DNA from: a virus
Taxonomy: Duplodnaviria; Caudoviricetes
DNA: 40,216 nucleotides
IMG/VR virus record: IMGVR_UViG_3300030376_006429
Location: 1-40,216 of that record
Reading direction: 5' to 3' (one strand)
Positions 34,236 through 40,216 of this stretch are shown piece after piece. Under the pieces are notes generated by a model. That model searched no databases. It worked only from the letters and a program-made list of their open reading frames with translations, and had not been told where the DNA came from. The first letter of the stretch is position 1. Every line of letters starts with the position of its first letter. The position numbers and the translations under genes were made by a program.

Positions 34236-35681
34236 TTATACAGTTGATTTTAATAACACAAAGTTATTAGCACCTTGTACACAAAGACATCTTTCAGATA
34301 AGAAATTAACTCTCATTTCATCAACATCAGAAGTATAAGCTCCACCTACAGATCCAGTGATCCAAGACTTCATTCTTCTATCATCCGCTTCAGAAGCTCT
34401 ATATCTTACGTGTAAGAAAGGTCTTCTAATGTTAGATCCTAATGACTGATCATAAACAGTTGAAGTTCCAGCAGGAACTAAAACACCGTCAATGTCACCA
34501 ATCATACCTCTTGTAGCAAAATCATTTAGATATTTCCAGTCAGTTTTGTAGAAGTCATAAGAACCTCTTCTAAAACCAGAAAATCCAAAGTTAAGTGCCA
34601 TATCTTCTTCGTTATTAAATAAACCGTAAGAAGCAGCACCAGTTGAAGCATAACCACCATTCATAGCAGCGATCATATCATCAAAATCAAGAGCGGTAGC
34701 TCTAGACAAGAATAACATGTTTTCTTCAACAGCGCCTTGAGTATCTAATTGTTTTAAAATAGTATCAAAATCACCTAAAGCACCAGAACCAGGAGCAGCA
34801 GCACCAGCGAAATCGTTATAAACGTTTCCTCTAGCTTCGATAGCAGCAAATAAACCTTCAGTACCTTCTATACCAGTTGGCAAATTAGTTCCTCCACCTT
34901 TTTTCTCAGCTTCAACCATTGACATTTCCATATAATCTTCAAATCTTAATCTTGTTTCAGATTGAGACTTTAAATACCATAAGTATCCAGATGTTCCATC
35001 TTCAGTAGCAACTTCAACCCAACCAATTTGAGCTGTGTCAGAACCGTGTATTTGAAAATTATCTTTTAAAATAATTGGCTTGTTACTAAACTGAGTAAAA
35101 TCAGGTTCTACAGAACCAGTCATACCAGAAGTTCCTTTTTTAAACTCAGAACCGTAAACAAATACTTTCAAGCCAGAAGCTGGAAGAGTACTTAAGTTAG
35201 CAACTTTGTAAGTTTTAACTGTTACAGCAGAAGTCATAGAACCTGCACTTCCAGTAGCATCAGCAACATTAGTTACTAAAGCTTTGATAGTGTTTATGCC
35301 GTCAGAAATTGCTATAGTAGCATCTTTTCTAATAACACACTCTTTACCGTCTTCTACAGGAACTGTTATTTCTTCGTTACCAGTTTTAGTAACAGCTTGA
35401 TAAGAGATGTGAAGTCTATTTTGCTCAGACCAAATAACTTGATCAGAACTCATAGGCATTTCAGCTCCTACCATTCTCAAGAAACCACCAATAGTTCGGT
35501 TTCCGTATCTTTCTACTTCAGCTTCGTAAAGCTCAGGTAGATATTGTTGTGCAAAAGTGTTTGTGTCTCCAGTAGCATCACTATTAAAAGCAAGATAGTT
35601 TGAATCAGTAGCCATCTTCTTTTGGTGAGGAATTAAACTTGGAGGAAACGCGTTTGCAGGGCTTAAATTAGCAAATCCCAT
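34236..35681 (-). CDS. Major capsid protein
   Basis: 481 aa following portal and scaffold; Ala/Gly/Thr-rich; strong terminator shortly downstream. Confidence 0.8.
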   Translation of the reverse strand: MGFANLSPANAFPPSLIPHQKKMATDSNYLAFNSDATGDTNTFAQQYLPELYEAEVERYGNRTIGGFLRMVGAEMPMSSDQVIWSEQNRLHISYQAVTKTGNEEITVPVEDGKECVIRKDATIAISDGINTIKALVTNVADATGSAGSMTSAVTVKTYKVANLSTLPASGLKVFVYGSEFKKGTSGMTGSVEPDFTQFSNKPIILKDNFQIHGSDTAQIGWVEVATEDGTSGYLWYLKSQSETRLRFEDYMEMSMVEAEKKGGGTNLPTGIEGTEGLFAAIEARGNVYNDFAGAAAPGSGALGDFDTILKQLDTQGAVEENMLFLSRATALDFDDMIAAMNGGYASTGAASYGLFNNEEDMALNFGFSGFRRGSYDFYKTDWKYLNDFATRGMIGDIDGVLVPAGTSTVYDQSLGSNIRRPFLHVRYRASEADDRRMKSWITGSVGGAYTSDVDEMRVNFLSERCLCVQGANNFVLLKSTV

Positions 35682-35692
35682 TTTTCTAAATT

Positions 35693-36889
35693 TTAATTGT
35701 TTTTATTTTTTATTCTTAATTTTAACTTAGAACTATCAACACCGCTTATTGCTTTTACTTTTAATCCATTAATATAAACATCACCAGTAGACGTGGTCCT
35801 TGGTTCATTTGTTATATTTTTAGATTTAGCCATCACATCTTTAACAGCATCGGCTTTGCCTTGCTCATAAAAATGATTAGCAATAGTATCAGCATTTTGT
35901 GCCGCGAAAATAGCTTTATGGTAACCTTTATAGTCTTTTACTTCACCCTTATTATCTAAGAACTTCCCGATTAGGTTAGTAAGATCAGATTGATTACTTG
36001 CAACACTTTCTTTATCACTAACGCCATATCTAAACTTCTTTTCTCCAATATTGAAGTCAAAACCTTTGAATTCTTGGTTGAAAAAGTTTTTAGTGTTAGA
36101 TTTAAATGTATCGTGCTGTTGTTTTTGTATTTTCTGTTCTTCGTTGTATCTATTGAAAAAATCCATAGCCTTTTGTTGGTCTTGAGTTACGCCGGGTCTC
36201 AACTTGATTTCGTCGTAATATTTACTCTTAGTGTCCTCTAAAAATTTACGGGCTTTAGCAATTTCTTCTTTGAAGGCAAGTTTCTTTTTCTTTATATCTC
36301 GCTCTTCATCCACTTCTTCGTCATATGAAAAGTTATCTTCTAATAAGAAGTTAACCTCTTCCATGTCTAAATGTGGTTTAGTCTGTTTGTAGTATTCTCT
36401 AATTAAAGCATCGTCATTAACAGTGGAATAATCAGCACTTAGTCTAACATAGTCTTCTACAGTTCCACCTGTCTCTTCCATAAAAGAAACTAGCTTCTCG
36501 ATGTTTTCAGGTAATTTTTTACCTGTAACTTTTTCATCTCTTACAGCTTCTTTTAATTCTTGCTCTACTTCTTTTGTTTCTTCTTTTACTTCTTCTTCTG
36601 TAATTTCCTGTATAGGTATTACATTCTCTTTCTCCTGCTCTTGTTCAACTTCCTTGTTTTCGGCATTGTCAACAACCCTCTCAGGCTCAACATCCCCTTT
36701 TTGTTTTTCATCGATAACAAGTTTGATTGGTTCTTCCTCTTTGACAGCATTTTCTGGTTTTTTAGATAAATCTACTTTAATTGTTTCTTGTTTTTTAGTA
36801 AGTTTCTTAGGTTTAGTAGCTTTTTTCTTTACTTTAAACTCACCTTGTTCTAATACGCCATCGGCGCCTTGTTTTATTTCTTCTGACAT
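35693..36889 (-). CDS. Capsid scaffolding protein
   Basis: E/K-rich low-complexity N-terminus, helical, between portal and major capsid genes. Confidence 0.7.
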   Translation of the reverse strand: MSEEIKQGADGVLEQGEFKVKKKATKPKKLTKKQETIKVDLSKKPENAVKEEEPIKLVIDEKQKGDVEPERVVDNAENKEVEQEQEKENVIPIQEITEEEVKEETKEVEQELKEAVRDEKVTGKKLPENIEKLVSFMEETGGTVEDYVRLSADYSTVNDDALIREYYKQTKPHLDMEEVNFLLEDNFSYDEEVDEERDIKKKKLAFKEEIAKARKFLEDTKSKYYDEIKLRPGVTQDQQKAMDFFNRYNEEQKIQKQQHDTFKSNTKNFFNQEFKGFDFNIGEKKFRYGVSDKESVASNQSDLTNLIGKFLDNKGEVKDYKGYHKAIFAAQNADTIANHFYEQGKADAVKDVMAKSKNITNEPRTTSTGDVYINGLKVKAISGVDSSKLKLRIKNKNN

Positions 36890-36915
36890 AATATAATATA
36901 ATAGTTAATAAAAAA

Positions 36916-39324
36916 TTACTTAGGCATAAATTGCTCTAAGCCAAATCCACCCATATTGTCATTACCTGCGGATTCAAAGTTCTTAGGTAATAAATCATTT
37001 TTTCTTTGATCTATTAACTCAGATTGTTGCGTTGCTTGTATTTTAGTTCGTTCGTCTTTACGATCTTCTTTAAAACTTTCTTGTTGTTGTTTAGCTTTTC
37101 CTTGAGCTTGAGCTAACTGCATATTGTATTGGAACTCTTGCTGCATCAACTGCTGCTTGATTTGAGCTTCCATCTCCATCTTTTTTATGTCAAGCTGTGA
37201 CTTAGCATTTTCTAACTGTACTTTTTGCTCAGTTAATATTTGTTGCTTTTGAGTTTCAGCTAAAGCAGTTTTTTCAGCCAACTCAGCGTTTGCTTGAGCT
37301 TGCGCTTGTATATTAGCTTGTTGTGCTTGCTGGTCTCTTTCTTGTTTCTTTCTTCTTCTTTGCTTTATCATTTGGTTTGCTAACTTTAAATTAGCAACGT
37401 TTCTAATATCAATAGCATCTTCAAGATCTATTTGACCCGCTTGTAAAGCAACTTGAATATTTTGTTCTAACTGTGCTTTTTGCTCTTCATCTGGCTCTAA
37501 TTCTAAAAATACACCAAAATCATGTATACTTAAATCTATAAGCTCATCTAAAGTTCCTACGTTGTATTTAGATATACTTTGTTCTAAGGACATCCTTGTT
37601 AAAGGAAACATTAAAGCATCAGCTACTCTTAATGATATATTTTCACAAGCTCTAAGAGTTAAATATAAACTAGCTTGCATTATATGTCTTGTAGCTACAT
37701 TAGAATTAGCAGCAGCTAATTTTTGTAAACCAACTAATGATTGCTTATCTGGTAAAGTACCATCTCTAGCTTCATTTAAACCGGTCACGTCTCTAATCAT
37801 TTTAAGATAATACTCATAAGTTTGTATTAATGATTGTATCTTGCCCATACCATTTGATGAAGAAAGCTCTTGTATCGGAACTTTGCCTGGGTTCATGCCA
37901 CCATCTTGGGTCATTGATCTACCAACCAAAGATCCAGTTTGGAAATACATATTTAAAGCTTCGGCTGGATTATAATTAGTACCATTACCTAAATCTACCT
38001 CTGCTAAACCATCTATGTCCATGTATACACCGTCAGGTACTATCCTAGACATTACCTGTTGTAGTTTTAAATGTGTTAGCTGTATCATATCAGCAAAACC
38101 AGTTATTCTACTTACAATAGACTCTATACGACCTTTATACATTCTAGGAGCTACTATATTGTAATTCATGTTAACTTTAGTAGTATCAGCATTAGGTCTA
38201 GTCATGTTTTCAGACATCTCCCATCTTAACATTTTCTCATGTCCTAATATCTTAGCTCCTGAATATAAAACTTCAATTGATCTAAAAGCTTTTTTAAAGC
38301 TTTCATTTTCAGGTGGATTAAATGTATCTGTTTTTTCTATAGCTTTTTCTAAACCAGTTGCCCCTTTTTTAATTTTAAATACTTGGTTTGTATAAGTCTT
38401 ATATTCAAAATACAAAACTTGAACCGTGTCATCATCATATCTACCTGACCAGTTTCTAGTGTAATTTTGATTACCTGGATACTTTTGAATTTCTTCTAAT
38501 TCACTAGAGGTTAAATAAGGAAATTGTTTTTTAAGCTCTGGTAAACTAATACTTTTAACTTCACCTACATAATATAAATCTTCAAAATTAGGGTCTTCAG
38601 TGTACGAGTAAACTAAACTAGCTGGATCTACGTAATCAACAGTAACTCCTTCAGACCTATTAAAACAAGTCTTAACACAAGATATACCTAAAACTGTTAA
38701 ATCATAATTTAACCTTCTTCTAGTTAAGTTATATTTGTTTTTATTTAATATAGTATTTATAACTTCTTCTTCAGCAACTTCAATAGACTGCTTGTAATTC
38801 ATTTGCATATGAAGCTCTAGCTCTTCTTCGTCAATAGGTGCGTTTTCTTGATCTTTATTAAAGAAAAGATCCATGCCTGTAACTTGCTTTACTTTATTTA
38901 AAAACTCTTTAGCATTTATATCAACTAGTATGTTTTCAGCATATTTAGTCCTTTTCTTTATTGATGTAGGATCTTGAGCAACAGCTTTAATATCGTAAGT
39001 TCTTTGAGACATACCGTTAACAACAATATCTACAAATTTAGGTATAACTGGTACGGGTTTCCAGTCTAAATTTAAATATGATAAGTCACCATTAATAGAT
39101 AATTCGTCTTTGTATTTTTGAATAGATTGTTCTCCTCTAGCATATAGTCTTAGCTTGTGAAAATTATTATAGTTCGTATTAAACCTATCGTACCAGCCTC
39201 TATCATTTCTAAACCACTCAGATTCTATGGCTCTACCCACTTGTAGACCATAGTCATAAGAAGCTTTTTCTACATCTGGCACAACCTGATCTGGAAAAGA
39301 ACTATTGTAATTAGTATTTATCAT
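36916..39324 (-). CDS. Portal protein
   Basis: 802 aa directly after terminase; PVIPKFVDIVV, IRDVTGLNEARDG and a Q-rich C-terminal coiled coil as in P22/crAss-type portals. Confidence 0.85.
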   Translation of the reverse strand: MINTNYNSSFPDQVVPDVEKASYDYGLQVGRAIESEWFRNDRGWYDRFNTNYNNFHKLRLYARGEQSIQKYKDELSINGDLSYLNLDWKPVPVIPKFVDIVVNGMSQRTYDIKAVAQDPTSIKKRTKYAENILVDINAKEFLNKVKQVTGMDLFFNKDQENAPIDEEELELHMQMNYKQSIEVAEEEVINTILNKNKYNLTRRRLNYDLTVLGISCVKTCFNRSEGVTVDYVDPASLVYSYTEDPNFEDLYYVGEVKSISLPELKKQFPYLTSSELEEIQKYPGNQNYTRNWSGRYDDDTVQVLYFEYKTYTNQVFKIKKGATGLEKAIEKTDTFNPPENESFKKAFRSIEVLYSGAKILGHEKMLRWEMSENMTRPNADTTKVNMNYNIVAPRMYKGRIESIVSRITGFADMIQLTHLKLQQVMSRIVPDGVYMDIDGLAEVDLGNGTNYNPAEALNMYFQTGSLVGRSMTQDGGMNPGKVPIQELSSSNGMGKIQSLIQTYEYYLKMIRDVTGLNEARDGTLPDKQSLVGLQKLAAANSNVATRHIMQASLYLTLRACENISLRVADALMFPLTRMSLEQSISKYNVGTLDELIDLSIHDFGVFLELEPDEEQKAQLEQNIQVALQAGQIDLEDAIDIRNVANLKLANQMIKQRRRKKQERDQQAQQANIQAQAQANAELAEKTALAETQKQQILTEQKVQLENAKSQLDIKKMEMEAQIKQQLMQQEFQYNMQLAQAQGKAKQQQESFKEDRKDERTKIQATQQSELIDQRKNDLLPKNFESAGNDNMGGFGLEQFMPK

Positions 39325-40215
39325 CTATTTTATTTTTGAATTATAACCCGTGTTATCATATCTTTTAATACCTAAAGCTACAGATTTCATTTGTCTTTTG
39401 TTAACAGGTGTATACCTATTCTTATTACAAGCCATAATGGCCAAACCTGAACTTATCGAAGCATCGTGCTTTGTTCTGTTATTTATATTAAACTTAGCCC
39501 AGTCTTCTAATGTCTTTTGATGGTACATGTCTCCATAACCATCTTCTTTTAATCCTACATAAGTCTCTATATAAGATTCAATTGCAGCAGCGTGTGCTTG
39601 CTTAATGTCTTCACTTGAGTTAGGTATTCCACCTATTTCTTTTTCAGTTGTAGAAAGTTTATTCCAAACTTTATCAGGACGATTCATTGAATAATTCCTA
39701 TAACCTCTTCGTTTTAAATAATATAAAAACCTTGGTTTGTTGTTTTCAGCAAGTATTGGCATGCCGTAAAACACCATCGCCATTAATACATCTTCAAAAA
39801 ATATCTCAGCTGTTTGTGGCCTTGATATATATTCTAAAAAGAAATGATTAGGTGGTGCATCTTCCATAGAAAACTTTGTCAAACCATGTAAAGCTCCATT
39901 AGAACCTTTACCATCTACAGTGCCTGATATGTCGTAACTATCAAGGCCAAATGCTCCAATATGCTCATTTCCAGGATGTTTGCCATTACCTTTTATTATC
40001 ACTCGATTTTGCAAACTTTTAGGTGGTACCCAGCTTATTTGAAACCTACCATTTCTATTAGGGTTAAATATAACCCTTGAATCTTTTATACCATTTTCCC
40101 ATTGAAAGCTACCTACTGTAACAGCTGCTGAATTATTAAGTTCAGCATTAAAATCAATTTGTTCGTATATTTTAGTTAAGTTAAATAAACTATCTTTTGT
40201 TTCGTCTCTAAAAGC
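39325..40215 (-). CDS. terL: Terminase large subunit, C-terminal nuclease part (5' end outside window)
   Basis: Frame is open to the window edge (AFRDETKDSLFNLTKIYEQID...); GLDSYD, ILAENN and KHDASISSG acidic nuclease motifs; precedes portal. Confidence 0.85.
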   Translation of the reverse strand, partial: AFRDETKDSLFNLTKIYEQIDFNAELNNSAAVTVGSFQWENGIKDSRVIFNPNRNGRFQISWVPPKSLQNRVIIKGNGKHPGNEHIGAFGLDSYDISGTVDGKGSNGALHGLTKFSMEDAPPNHFFLEYISRPQTAEIFFEDVLMAMVFYGMPILAENNKPRFLYYLKRRGYRNYSMNRPDKVWNKLSTTEKEIGGIPNSSEDIKQAHAAAIESYIETYVGLKEDGYGDMYHQKTLEDWAKFNINNRTKHDASISSGLAIMACNKNRYTPVNKRQMKSVALGIKRYDNTGYNSKIK

Positions 40216-40216
40216 A

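Noticed and set aside
37070-37370. Gln/Ala-rich quasi-repeats in the portal gene
   Set aside because: Normal C-terminal coiled-coil barrel of P22-type portals, not a DNA repeat element.
766-38395. Opposite-strand or nested ORFs in the track (e.g. 766-1071, 2844-3134, 3969-4319, 10263-10511, 15855-16298, 20244-20780, 36501-36896)
   Set aside because: They shadow well-supported genes, have S/F/L/I-rich antisense composition and carry no motifs.
1-40216. Stop-codon reassignment as in some crAss-like phages
   Set aside because: Genes are full length and densely tiled under the standard code, and TAA, TGA and TAG all occur at gene ends.
1-40216. CRISPR array, integrase, intron/intein or diversity-generating retroelement
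   Set aside because: No spaced repeats, recombinase or reverse transcriptase motifs seen; RNR, helicase and the visible terminase part look uninterrupted.

Overview
AT-rich ~40 kb internal segment of a tailed dsDNA phage genome, most likely a podovirus-type phage of marine Bacteroidota/Flavobacteria with a crAss-related structural gene order (inferred from gene content and A/T-rich, Shine-Dalgarno-less leaders; no search was run). The + strand (1-13391) carries small early genes, an ATP-dependent DNA ligase, a pyrimidine-dimer glycosylase, an HTH protein, a sigma70-family factor, ERF, a PDDEXK exonuclease, SSB, a T7-like primase-helicase, a nucleotide-metabolism block, a T7 endonuclease I-like resolvase and a class II RNR. 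It converges at a bidirectional terminator (~13393-13421) with the - strand morphogenesis module: terminase (partial), portal, scaffold, major capsid, ring and tail-stabilization proteins, two probable ejection proteins and a ~3080-aa giant protein. Most notable: (1) the thymidylate-synthase-fold gene has the Asp signature of T4 gp42-type dCMP-modifying enzymes and sits beside two NTP pyrophosphatases (one fused to a GIY-YIG-like domain), suggesting modified-cytosine DNA, while no DNA polymerase is visible in the replication block; (2) the giant protein contains an HExxH metallopeptidase motif, a complete HAD phosphatase domain and four [MYL]ASK motifs at apparent domain boundaries, suggesting a self-processing ejected polyprotein; (3) a compact GC-rich tRNA-like structured element at 724-789; (4) a very acidic early protein (DNA-mimic candidate) and a UVR-motif protein.
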